Origin: Dehalococcoidia bacterium
GTDB taxonomy: Bacteria; Chloroflexota; Dehalococcoidia; Lucifugimonadales; UBA3495
Length of the DNA stretch: 64,000 nucleotides
NCBI GenBank assembly: GCA_965204685.1
Contig: OZ242004.1
Location: forward strand, 79,091-143,090
Reading direction: 5' to 3'
Part shown: positions 1 through 7,610 of the stretch, piece after piece
Numbering within the stretch: position 1 is the stretch's first letter
Layout of the letters: each line of letters starts with the position of its first letter
Made by a program: the position numbers and the translations under genes
Notes under the pieces: model-generated
The model's database searches: none
The model's input: the letters and a program-made list of their open reading frames with translations, nothing else
Told to the model about the DNA's origin: nothing

Positions 1-129
1 GACAATGCCGCCGACCCCAGGTACATCTTTACCGAGCCCCGGGTGGGCTACCGGATGGCGGGGGACGCGGAGAACCTCTTCCATGCGCCTCAAGGTGGGA
101 CTGCCCCCGGCGCGGATGATGTCCTCTGA
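1..129 (+). CDS. 3' terminal fragment (cut by window edge) of an OmpR/PhoB-type winged-helix output domain; paralog of the C-terminus of the fused kinase-regulator 36255..38690
   Basis: Frame 1 reads DNAADPRYIFTEPRVGYRMAGDAENLFHAPQGGTAPGADDVL, then TGA at 127-129. It aligns with ANPRYIVTEPRVGYRMAAEM...APGADGVI-stop at the end of 36255..38690. Confidence 0.75.
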   Translation, partial: DNAADPRYIFTEPRVGYRMAGDAENLFHAPQGGTAPGADDVL

Positions 130-163
130 CTGAGCGCCGGGTTTGAGTTCCTTGCCACGGGAT

Positions 164-193
164 GCGGGCGTCCGACCGTGGTCGGACGCCCGC
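164..193. terminator. GC-rich hairpin between convergent genes (candidate bidirectional intrinsic terminator)
   Basis: Perfect 13-bp inverted repeat GCGGGCGTCCGAC / GTCGGACGCCCGC with a 4-nt loop CGTG. No U-tract. Related hairpins at 16363, 25196, 38725 and 59818. Confidence 0.5.
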
Positions 194-333
194 GTCGTCG
201 GGTTTGGCGCGTCGGGGGACGTTGGCCGGTCCCCCGTCCTATGGTCCTGCTCCGCCCGGCCCCGGCGGAGAATGCCGTCCTGGTTACAGGCGCGGAGCCG
301 GACCCGGCGGTCCCGGATTCGACTGACCCCGTA

Positions 334-789
334 TCAGCTGCCGGCCAGGGTAACCTGCACTGCGTCGGACCAGGGGCCCAGTTCCCCGATCAGGTTCCTG
401 GCCCGCACCTTCACGTCATAGGTCCCGCCGCTGCTCAGGCCGGAGACGCTGCACGCCAGTTCCTCGGGGGACGGGTTGGGGCCGGAGGTGGTTACCGTCT
501 CCGTCTCGTCGGCCGCGTTCACCACGAACACTATGTAGTCCGTGATGGGGGACGCTCCGGGCGTGGCGGCGTCCCAGGTGACGTCGATGCTGCCCGAAAT
601 CTCCTGGTTCTCGGAGGCGGCGACGCCGGCGACCTTGCCGGGAGCGTCCCCGGGGGAGTTGTGCGACGCGTCCGCCGCCGCAGGCCCTCCCAGGAGCGGC
701 AGCGCAGTCGCCAGTGCAAGCATGACGGCGGCCAGCAGGGCAAGGAAAGCCAGGGTGTGGCGGGAGTGAAGTGTAATTTTGTTGAACAT
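334..789 (-). CDS. small secreted fibronectin type III domain protein
   Basis: ORF track gives 334..798. The paralog 38914..39369 starts MFNK, so ATG 789 is preferred (AAGGTG 6 nt upstream). Hydrophobic signal LAFLALLAAVMLALA is followed by an FN3-like pattern IDVTWDAA..SPITDY..TYDVKVRARN..GELGPWS. Stop is TGA. Confidence 0.8.
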   Translation of the reverse strand: MFNKITLHSRHTLAFLALLAAVMLALATALPLLGGPAAADASHNSPGDAPGKVAGVAASENQEISGSIDVTWDAATPGASPITDYIVFVVNAADETETVTTSGPNPSPEELACSVSGLSSGGTYDVKVRARNLIGELGPWSDAVQVTLAGS

Positions 790-1352
790 TTGGGGCACCT
801 TGTATCTTGGGAAATTGACCGGGATGCGGCAGGCCGATATGCACCCAGGTCAGGAAAGACCGTCAAGGAGCCGGGGTCGCCGCGTCCCTTCGGCAGAGCC
901 CGAACGGTTGCCTGGACCAGCCGCAGCGCGTACAGATATGACGGCATTGCCACCGGTATGCTGATCCCGTATGACGGTTGGACATACAGCGAAAATGCGA
1001 CGGCAACTCCTTCCTCGGGATTGTTCGTGTTGCCAGGAATGGGATTGAGCAGGTGAACCGTCTCGTGGGACATCTCGAAGACCACCGTTGGCCAGTAATA
1101 CTGTCCGTTCCGGCTCAATTCCACGTAGGCTCCGTCCAGATCTGGGGTATTTCGGAGTTGAGGACCATCGCTGGTGAACTGCGGCTGGTAGATCGTTTTT
1201 GACGCATCGCGAGGCCCCAGCAGCGACTCCGCCATCGCCAATAGCTCCAGCTGTAGTGACCACAGTCCAGCCGGGTCGTTCACGGGTTGCGTTGCCGGCA
1301 ATCGCATGGCACTCAACGTCCTATAAACTGGTGGACCGGACAATTCGGCCAC
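531..1352 (-). CDS. HExxH (zincin-like) hypothetical protein; last ~90 codons run out of frame through the FN3 gene, so the C-terminus is probably not native
   Basis: Motif VVFEMSHETVHLLNP (HETVH). Downstream of about nt 800 the translation turns R/P/S/T-rich (RRRTRRTTPPGTLPARSPASPPPRTRR). That part overlaps 334..789 on the same strand in another frame. Confidence 0.45.
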   Translation of the reverse strand: MAELSGPPVYRTLSAMRLPATQPVNDPAGLWSLQLELLAMAESLLGPRDASKTIYQPQFTSDGPQLRNTPDLDGAYVELSRNGQYYWPTVVFEMSHETVHLLNPIPGNTNNPEEGVAVAFSLYVQPSYGISIPVAMPSYLYALRLVQATVRALPKGRGDPGSLTVFPDLGAYRPAASRSISQDTRCPKCSTKLHFTPATPWLSLPCWPPSCLHWRLRCRSWEGLRRRTRRTTPPGTLPARSPASPPPRTRRFRAASTSPGTPPRPERPPSRTT

Positions 1353-1410
1353 GCGGTATCCTGTGGCCTGCGCGGAGTTTACGGCCGGGAGGACGCACCC
1401 TACAAGGCAC

Positions 1411-2297
1411 TCAGCATGGCGAAGTTGCTGGAACCGTCGGGCTGGATCGCGTACCGGACCCGCAATTCATCGCCGTCGTCGCCTCGAGTGTCGTCCTTAT
1501 CACGCCGACGTCGTACTCGTCCTCAACCGCCAGCTTCACGAAGTCAACGGCCAGGGCGACATCGACGTCTTTCTCCTGGACGGGCGCCGCTGGCCGCCCG
1601 GCGGGCAACGAAGGACTCGGGTGATCACCGTCGCTCCATCCAATGCCCAGTGCTGGGTTTGCCTTCGGTGAGCCGCGTAGATGCGAAGATCCCGCCTCGC
1701 GTCCGGTCCTCCGGAGTAAATCCGCACCTCCGACAGCGCGCAGGGAAAACCGTTCGGGCCGCCTCTGCTTGCGATCAGGCGCCCCAGATCCATGGGGCTG
1801 AACTGTCCGTCTCTGCCGGACTGAGCGTCGGGGAAAAGAAGGCCCACGCTCGCCGGTATGCATTCTGTCCATCTATGAACAGGGCCATGCGAAGGGGCGT
1901 GGTCATCAATGGCACCGCTCTGAGGGCAAAAATAATCCCCGCGATCGGCCCGGCTCGAAGCCGAGTGGATCACGAGGGGGAGTGGTTCCACGGTGGGAGA
2001 AACGCCCAGACCTGTCAAGGATCTTTGGCCGAGATCCAGGGCTATCGCATCCGGATGTTGGCGAATTGGGATAGGATGTTGATCCGGTCGACGGCCTCCG
2101 TCCTGCGGGTCAGCGCAACCCATCGTATGATCGCCATCGTGAGCGCACTCAACAATCGGCGCTGGCGTCCACCCCACCTCCGCCGCATGGAGAACCATGG
2201 GCATCTGGACAGTGGCGGCTTCGGTGATGTTCAGGGCGGTCATGGCGTTCTCCGATTGACTTACTCTCCCGGTTGGATATACGCTTGCCTGGACCAA
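1411..2297 (-). pseudogene. possible NYN/LabA-like gene split over two reading frames
   Basis: ORFs 1536..2297 and 1411..1872 overlap in different frames. The second carries EKDVDVALAVDFVKLAVEDEYDVGVI, resembling the NYN/LabA core (GVDVALAVD..YD). The first carries a possible upstream part (EVRIYSGG..). At least one frameshift is needed to join them. Confidence 0.3.
2011..2156. repeat. left copy of a 146-bp direct repeat bracketing the TA cassette
   Basis: Hand alignment with 2981..3126 gives equal length and 10 mismatches in 146 bp. On the minus strand it contains an ORF 3' end: ..LLSALTMAIIRWVALTRRTEAVDRINILSQFANIRMR-stop. Confidence 0.9.
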
Positions 2298-2298
2298 T

Positions 2299-2349
2299 AT
2301 GGCAAGGAGCCGATCATGGCAAGGAGCCGATCATGGCAAGGAGCCGATC
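2299..2349 (+). repeat. perfect tandem triplication of a 17-bp unit ATGGCAAGGAGCCGATC (start codon + Shine-Dalgarno + spacer)
   Basis: Units start at 2299, 2316 and 2333. A fourth partial unit starts at the ATG at 2350 (ATGGCAACGG...). Confidence 0.95.
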
Positions 2350-2589
2350 ATGGCAACGGTGAGCCTGGACGAAGCGGAGGTCAGCCTGCATAACTTGCTG
2401 GAGCGGGTCGAGGCTGGCGAGGAAGTGACCATCGTCCGCCACGGTGAGACAGTGGCCAAACTGGTGAGCGTCCCGAAACGAAAGTGGGGCCAACGGGAAT
2501 TCGGCTCCATGAAAGGGCTGATCAAGCTTGACGACAGTTTCTTTGACCCGCTGCCTGATGAAGAATTGGCCGCATGGGAGGGCGCGTAA
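2350..2589 (+). CDS. type II antitoxin, Phd/YefM (prevent-host-death) type
   Basis: MATVSLDEAEVSLHNLLERVEAGEEVTIVRHGETVAKLV.. matches the Phd/YefM N-terminal pattern. AAGGAG lies 6 nt upstream. An in-frame alternative ATG is at 2299. TAA at 2587-2589 is 3 nt before the toxin start. Confidence 0.85.
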   Translation: MATVSLDEAEVSLHNLLERVEAGEEVTIVRHGETVAKLVSVPKRKWGQREFGSMKGLIKLDDSFFDPLPDEELAAWEGA

Positions 2590-2592
2590 ATC

Positions 2593-2979
2593 GTGCGGTT
2601 GTTGCCGGACACCCATACACTCATCTGGTGGTTTGAAGGCAGCAGACGGCTATCTCCGCAGGCCCAGCGGGCGATAGCGGATGAAGAGAATGACGTGCTA
2701 ATAAGCGCAGCGTCCGCCTGGGAGATTGCCACCAAGTATCGGCTCGGCAAATTGCCGAGCGCGGAAGCTCTGGCCCGAGACATGCCCGGGGCAATAGCAT
2801 CCCAAGGCTTTGCAGAACTGTCGATATCCGTGGCCGATGCCGTCTGCGCCGGAGCCCTGCCCGGCCCACACCGTGACCCCTTTGACCGGATGCTCATCGC
2901 CCAAGCCCAAGCGCGCGACCTCGTTCTCGTATCCAACGAGACGCTTTTCGACGAGTACGGCGTTCGCCGCTTATGGTAG
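2593..2979 (+). CDS. vapC: PIN-domain toxin, VapC family
   Basis: GTG start. MRLLPDTHTLIWW..SAASAWEIATKYRLGKL..HRDPFDRMLIAQA..LVSNE are typical VapC/PIN motifs. Stop is TAG at 2977-2979. Confidence 0.9.
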   Translation: MRLLPDTHTLIWWFEGSRRLSPQAQRAIADEENDVLISAASAWEIATKYRLGKLPSAEALARDMPGAIASQGFAELSISVADAVCAGALPGPHRDPFDRMLIAQAQARDLVLVSNETLFDEYGVRRLW

Positions 2980-2980
2980 G

Positions 2981-3126
2981 CCTGTCAAGGATCTTTGGCC
3001 GAGATCCAGGGCTATCGAATATGGATGTTGGCGAATTGGGACAGGATGTTGATCCGGTCGACGGCGTCCGTCCCGCGGGTCAGCGCAACCCAACGGATGA
3101 TCGCTATCGTGAGCGCACCCAACAAT
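2981..3126. repeat. right copy of the 146-bp direct repeat bracketing the TA cassette
   Basis: See 2011..2156. On the minus strand it encodes ..LLGALTIAIIRWVALTRGTDAVDRINILSQFANIHIR-stop, contiguous with the coding sequence at 3127 and upward. Confidence 0.9.
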
Positions 3127-3168
3127 TGACGTGCGATAGGCTCTCCGGTGTTCGACAACGGGAATTCG

Positions 3169-3516
3169 TCAGGGACTTCCAGCGCCATCGGCCAGTTGCT
3201 GTCCCATCCTCTCGTCGAACATCCGGGAGTTCGCCACCGCGGCGAAGTTGGCATCGACGAAGTAGCTCTGCAACGGGCTGTTGGCCGCCACCGGCCGCGT
3301 CAGCGCTAGACCCCGTTCCCGCTGGAACCTCCTCAGCGCATGTCCCATTCGCATCAGCAGTGAGCGCAACTCCGCTGGCGTCAGCTCCACACGCTGGCAC
3401 AGGGCACTCCGGTGGATGCCAATCTCACCGGCTCGCCACACGTGCAGCGCCATCCGCCTGGCCACCGGTTCCAGCCCAGCCAGGAACTCGCCGGCCAGGG
3501 CCTCCGTCCACTCCAC
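3169..3516 (-). CDS. hypothetical protein (possibly part of a larger frameshifted gene)
   Basis: GTG-start ORF with G/C-rich third positions. Upstream ORF 3381..3710 (MAHMRVEIEGSADEVVRVLRELG..) overlaps it in another frame, and downstream ORF 3012..3188 continues in a third frame. No family recognised. Confidence 0.4.
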   Translation of the reverse strand: MEWTEALAGEFLAGLEPVARRMALHVWRAGEIGIHRSALCQRVELTPAELRSLLMRMGHALRRFQRERGLALTRPVAANSPLQSYFVDANFAAVANSRMFDERMGQQLADGAGSP

Positions 3517-4197
3517 GGGAGCCGTGTCATGGGATCCCGAAGCGTTGGTGTCCCGGTGGCCGGCGTCGCACCATCACCGGCGCCCGCCGGCGTCGCCATT
3601 GACCCGCCATCGCCGCCCGCAGGTGCATGCCACCCCGCGCTCCCAAGCTCCCGCAGGACCCGAACCACCTCGTCAGCGCTACCCTCAATTTCCACGCGCA
3701 TATGTGCCACGGTTACACTCCCCTATCGTCGCTATCGTATTCGCAGCCGCGCCACAGAGAGTGCAGGGTGAAGTTGACCAGGCAACTTTCTACGTTGCCA
3801 TGGCGGTTCCGCACCCCTGCGCCTGGGCAGGCTTCGAGTATATGGTCGACCGCGGAGTCAGCCGGTGAAGTCATTGCCCTTTCATCTCTCCATTGCGTGC
3901 CGCAGTCGGGAGCGTGGATCGAAGGCGACGCCAGCAGGAACCATGGCACTGTTCTGCAGATGCCGGACTTCGGTCATTCGCCAGAGCCCTCACCGCAGCC
4001 ATGGCCTCTGCCCCGGGCGCTATCCATGCGCCAGTACCGGGTTTGACGCGGGCCCGTCGCTGAACCCCAGCGCGCGTCGCGCCGTCAACCAGGATCCTAT
4101 TGAGCGTCAGTTTGCGGTTAAGGGCGGCGCATCCTGTCGTATGGTTGCAGCTACCTTGCCATAACCGAGGAACAATTCTCATCGCCCAGTGACAGCC

Positions 4198-4569
4198 ATG
4201 ACTTACGTCCACAACACCACCGTCAGCGCGATCCGCACTCGCAACGAGATCGAGGAAACCCTAGAGCGCTACGGCGCCGACGGCTTCGCCTACGCCGCCT
4301 AGGGCAACCTGGCCACCGTCATCTTCGCCATGGAGAACCGCCGCATCCGCTCGTCCTGGAGCTGCCCGATCCCGAGGATTTTTCGCTACACCAACCACAG
4401 CCCACCCCGGGAACGTAGCTAAAGGGCCCAGCAGGAGGCCCTGCTGCTGGTCATCCAGGCCAAGCTGGAGGCCGTAACCGCCGGCATCTCCACCATCGAG
4501 ACCGAGTTCCCGGCCAAGGTTGAGCCGTTACCGGTCGCCAAGACTGGGCCGAGTCGGCTGAGCGCTGCC
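4198..4569 (+). pseudogene. decayed conserved-hypothetical gene with in-frame TAG and TAA
   Basis: ATG 4198 opens MTYVHNTTVSAIRTRNEIEETLERYGADGFAYAA, then TAG (4300). The same frame continues GNLATVIFAMENRRIR.., then TAA (4420), then AQQEALLLVIQAKLEAVTAGISTIETEF... The segment 4350-4385 reads better in another frame (VLELPDPEDF), implying additional indels. Confidence 0.5.
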
Positions 4570-4770
4570 TTACTTACCGCCCAATTTCGTCCGCACTTCT
4601 TCAACTTCGGCGTTGCCCAGGATGCGGAACACGTTGATGCTCCGATCCTCCACGGCTATGCCCCTGATGGCGTGGCGGCCGTTCTTCATCGTGACCAACT
4701 CCATGGAGTCCTCGGCGATGTCGACCTTCCGCTTGAGTTTGACCGAGTAGGCTTGCAGGGGCCATTCCAT
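4570..4770 (-). CDS. small DUF5679-like protein lacking the usual zinc-ribbon cysteines
   Basis: MEWPLQAYSVKLKRKVDIAEDSMELVTMKNGRHAIRGIAVEDRSINVFRILG. The TMKNGR..VFRI core recalls DUF5679 from memory. AAGGAGTG lies 7 nt upstream of ATG 4770. The 221-aa ORF-track extension upstream looks non-coding. Confidence 0.65.
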   Translation of the reverse strand: MEWPLQAYSVKLKRKVDIAEDSMELVTMKNGRHAIRGIAVEDRSINVFRILGNAEVEEVRTKLGGK

Positions 4771-4999
4771 GATTTTCACTCCTTCAGTGGGGTGGGTTTC
4801 GCGCCGTCCGGAGCAACGACTTCCCCAGCGGCATCGCGGTCTGCTTTGCCGCCGGGAGCGGGTTCCCCCGGGAGCCGCAAGCCGTTTTACGCCAACCCTT
4901 GCTGACTCGTCAACGTGGCCGCGCTCCGCCACGCTCTGGCGCGGTTTGCCACGGTTGCAAAGATAAAACATAGCGTCCGGGAAGGAATGCGACGCCAGC

Positions 5000-5137
5000 G
5001 TGTACAGGAAATTCAAGGAATCATTCAACGAGGCCCTGGATGCAAAGAATGTCGCGGCACTCCTGCTGTGGACCATCGCGTGGGCGTCGGGAGGGTTCGA
5101 AGTATTCTTCCTGATCAAGGCCATCGAAATGTGGTGA
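5000..5137 (+). CDS. candidate 45-aa small membrane protein (not in the ORF track)
   Basis: GTG 5000 to TGA 5135-5137: VYRKFKESFNEALDAKNVAALLLWTIAWASGGFEVFFLIKAIEMW, an amphipathic N-terminus plus one hydrophobic helix. No convincing RBS. Confidence 0.25.
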   Translation: MYRKFKESFNEALDAKNVAALLLWTIAWASGGFEVFFLIKAIEMW

Positions 5138-5338
5138 ATGCGGCGGTGGTTTGAAAGCCGCCCGGTCAGCTGAACAGGTGGGATGGGGCCGGCCAGCAAT
5201 GGCTGGCTTCCAACGCCGTCCTCCCCTGGCGGCACTCCCAGCGCCTTATCGCTGCCGTGGGTTCAGCCCTATACTCTTCATCAGGAGGTCCGCAGTATCC
5301 GAAGCCAATGCCCCGCCGACGAGACGACCGACCGATCG

Positions 5339-7081
5339 ATGGCCATGTCAGAAACCGTCACCGCAATGAACTCGGAAACCGTAGCAGCCTGGGCGGGCTC
5401 ACGGAGCTTCCAACTCGGTCGCAGCTACTTCGAGAATGGGGCCGTCTTCGACCTTCGCCGCCAGGGCAGTTCCCTCAAAGCCCGCTGCCAGGGCTCCATG
5501 CCCCAGCCCTACCGCCTGCGTGTCACCTTCGGCGCCCAGGGCATCGAGGAGGCCCATTGCTCCTGTCCGGTGGGCCGCGGGGGACGTTGCAAGCACGTCG
5601 GGGCGCTCCTGCTGGCCTGGCTGGACCAGCCCGATGCCTTCCGGACGGTGCCGGAACTGGATGTCGACCTGGAGCGACGCGGCAAGGATGAGCTGATTGC
5701 CCTGATCAAGCGGATGCTGCGCCTTGAGCCCGACCTGGAGACCCTGCTGGAGGAGACTCCGCCCGGGGGCGACCGGCGGAGCGCTCCGGTCGATCCGGAA
5801 ACCTACCGTCGCCAGGTGTCATCCGCCTTTCGGCGCAGCGGGAACGACTGGATTGCGTACCGGCGCATAGCCGAGGACGTTGACGGCATCGTGAGCGCCG
5901 GCGACGATTTCCTTGCCCTAGATGACGGCGCCAGCGCCAGCGTGGTGTACCAGGCGGCGGCCCGGGGGATACTGGAACACTATGACCCTGGATACGACGA
6001 GGAATGGAACCTGGGCGACGTGGTGGACCGGTGCGTGGAGGGGCTGGGCGACTGCCTGGCCAGTATGGATGACGACGGCCTGGGTCGGGAACAAACTCTG
6101 CAGGCCCTATTCGAGATCTACCGCCACGACGTGGACTGCGGGGGGATTGGCTTGGGAGAAGCCGCGCCGGTCCTGATCTTGGAACACGCCACCGACGAGG
6201 AGAGGCGCGCCGTCTCCGGTTGGGTGCGCGCCGCCATGGGCAGGGGCGACGACTATCACCGCCGGGCGCACGGCCGTTTCCTGCTGGAGCTGGAATCGGA
6301 CGACCTGGACGACGACGCCTTCCTGGGCATCTGTCGCGAGGTCGGCCTGATGACCAAGCTGGTGGACCGACTGCTGACCCTGGGACGGCTGGACGAGGCG
6401 TTGTCCGAAGCCAGGCGGGCCGGGGATTACCAGCTGCTCATTCTGGCGGACGTATTCCTCAGGCACGGCTGCTCCCCAAGCGTGGAACCGCTGCTGGTCA
6501 GGAGAATGGAAACCAGCCAGGACCACCACCTGGCGGAGTGGCTCAAGGCACGCCACCGGGAACGGGGCGAACTGCCCGAAGCCCTCGCCCTCGCCAAACG
6601 GCTGCTCCTGGCACGCCCCCATCTCGCCGGGTATCAGGAGGTCAGGGAGCTGTCTCTGCAACTGGGCGTCTGGCGGGAACTGCGTCCGGACCTCCTGGCC
6701 CAGTGGTCCGCCGCCGGACGGCACGATCTGCTCACCGACATTCACCTGGAGGAGGGCGACATCGACCTGGCCCTGAGATCGGTGCGGCAGAGGCAACGCC
6801 GTTTCCCCCAACAGGCTGAGCAACTGATCCGGGTGGCCCAGGCCGCCTCGCAGACGCATCCCCACGCCGCCGTCGACATCTACCTGCAGCAGGCGGAGGT
6901 TCTGATCGAGGGCCGCGGCCGGGAAAACTACCGGCGGGCGTGTGATTGCCTGACCCGGGTGCGGGACATCCACCGGAAGCTCGGGGAGGAATCGGCGTGG
7001 AACGACCTCATCGCCCGGCTGCGGGAACGCCATCGGCGGTTGCCGGCGCTGCGAGAGGAGCTGGACAGTTCCGGGCTGTGA
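5339..7081 (+). CDS. SWIM zinc-finger domain protein with long helical-repeat C-terminal region
   Basis: CSCPVGRGGRCKHVGALLL is the CxC..CxH SWIM signature near the N-terminus. The rest is Leu/Arg/Glu-rich and helical. The ORF track starts at 5183; the in-frame ATG 5339 (MAMSETV) is chosen because the upstream part looks non-coding. Confidence 0.85.
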   Translation: MAMSETVTAMNSETVAAWAGSRSFQLGRSYFENGAVFDLRRQGSSLKARCQGSMPQPYRLRVTFGAQGIEEAHCSCPVGRGGRCKHVGALLLAWLDQPDAFRTVPELDVDLERRGKDELIALIKRMLRLEPDLETLLEETPPGGDRRSAPVDPETYRRQVSSAFRRSGNDWIAYRRIAEDVDGIVSAGDDFLALDDGASASVVYQAAARGILEHYDPGYDEEWNLGDVVDRCVEGLGDCLASMDDDGLGREQTLQALFEIYRHDVDCGGIGLGEAAPVLILEHATDEERRAVSGWVRAAMGRGDDYHRRAHGRFLLELESDDLDDDAFLGICREVGLMTKLVDRLLTLGRLDEALSEARRAGDYQLLILADVFLRHGCSPSVEPLLVRRMETSQDHHLAEWLKARHRERGELPEALALAKRLLLARPHLAGYQEVRELSLQLGVWRELRPDLLAQWSAAGRHDLLTDIHLEEGDIDLALRSVRQRQRRFPQQAEQLIRVAQAASQTHPHAAVDIYLQQAEVLIEGRGRENYRRACDCLTRVRDIHRKLGEESAWNDLIARLRERHRRLPALREELDSSGL

Positions 7082-7221
7082 GTTCACGCCGGCGACGGCA
7101 ATATCGCGCCCTGGCAGGCTGCCGGATCCCGTTTCGCTCGTCTCGGAGAGACACCCAACGCCGGATTGTGTCCCGGCCCCGGCGTCTCGTGACAGGTCAC
7201 TCCACCAACTCTTCCCGGCGC

Positions 7222-7491
7222 CTATTCGCAGTGGCGGGCGTGGTCGGCCCGGATCTCCGCCATGGTGACCTCCCCTCGCTCCAGTTGAGCGCGCGTCCGC
7301 GCCGCCACGGCCTCGGCGCTCAAAGGCACGGTCCCCACCGCTCCGGACACCCTCAACCGATGCAGGGTGGTGTTGGGGTCCGCCATGCACTCCGCGTACC
7401 GGCGCACCATGCGTTCTTCGGCGTCCACCCCGCAGGCTAACGCAACCCACAGGCAGACCATCATAGTGGACGCTTTCCACCACCGATGCAC
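7222..7491 (-). CDS. small hypothetical protein, possible short signal peptide
   Basis: 89-aa ORF downstream of the Calx-beta gene on the same strand, with MMVCLWVALACG near the N-terminus. No homology recognised. Confidence 0.3.
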   Translation of the reverse strand: MHRWWKASTMMVCLWVALACGVDAEERMVRRYAECMADPNTTLHRLRVSGAVGTVPLSAEAVAARTRAQLERGEVTMAEIRADHARHCE

Positions 7492-7610
7492 AGCCGGCTC
7501 CCCCAGACGCCTGCGACAATGATCCGTCAGGGGCGCCCCGCGCCTGTCCCAGGTCGCCGTGAGCGTCGCTTCGCCGGCCGCGCCGGACCGGCCGACGTTT
7601 AACCGCCCTG

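Noticed and set aside
1287-2393. 368-aa plus-strand ORF across the 1.3-2.4 kb region.
   Set aside because: The translation is Arg/Ser/Pro-rich and featureless. Its end is only the out-of-frame reading of the 17-bp repeat and the antitoxin start. Minus-strand fragments look more protein-like.
3713-4212. Several 78-139-aa ORFs on both strands between 3.6 and 4.2 kb.
   Set aside because: They overlap one another. None has an RBS or a recognisable motif, and their composition is not protein-like. The region is left unannotated.
4300-4302. In-frame TAG codons (4300, 49145) as possible stop-codon recoding.
   Set aside because: TAG terminates confident genes here (vapC at 2977, the Calx-beta gene at 7611, A1 at 16434, the META gene at 50759). 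The affected loci also carry a TAA and frameshifts, so decay is the simpler reading.
5091-5103. GGTTCGAAG resembling a tRNA T-loop.
   Set aside because: The flanking bases cannot form a T-stem or acceptor stem. It lies inside the candidate small ORF. No tRNA-like cloverleaf was found anywhere in the window by eye.
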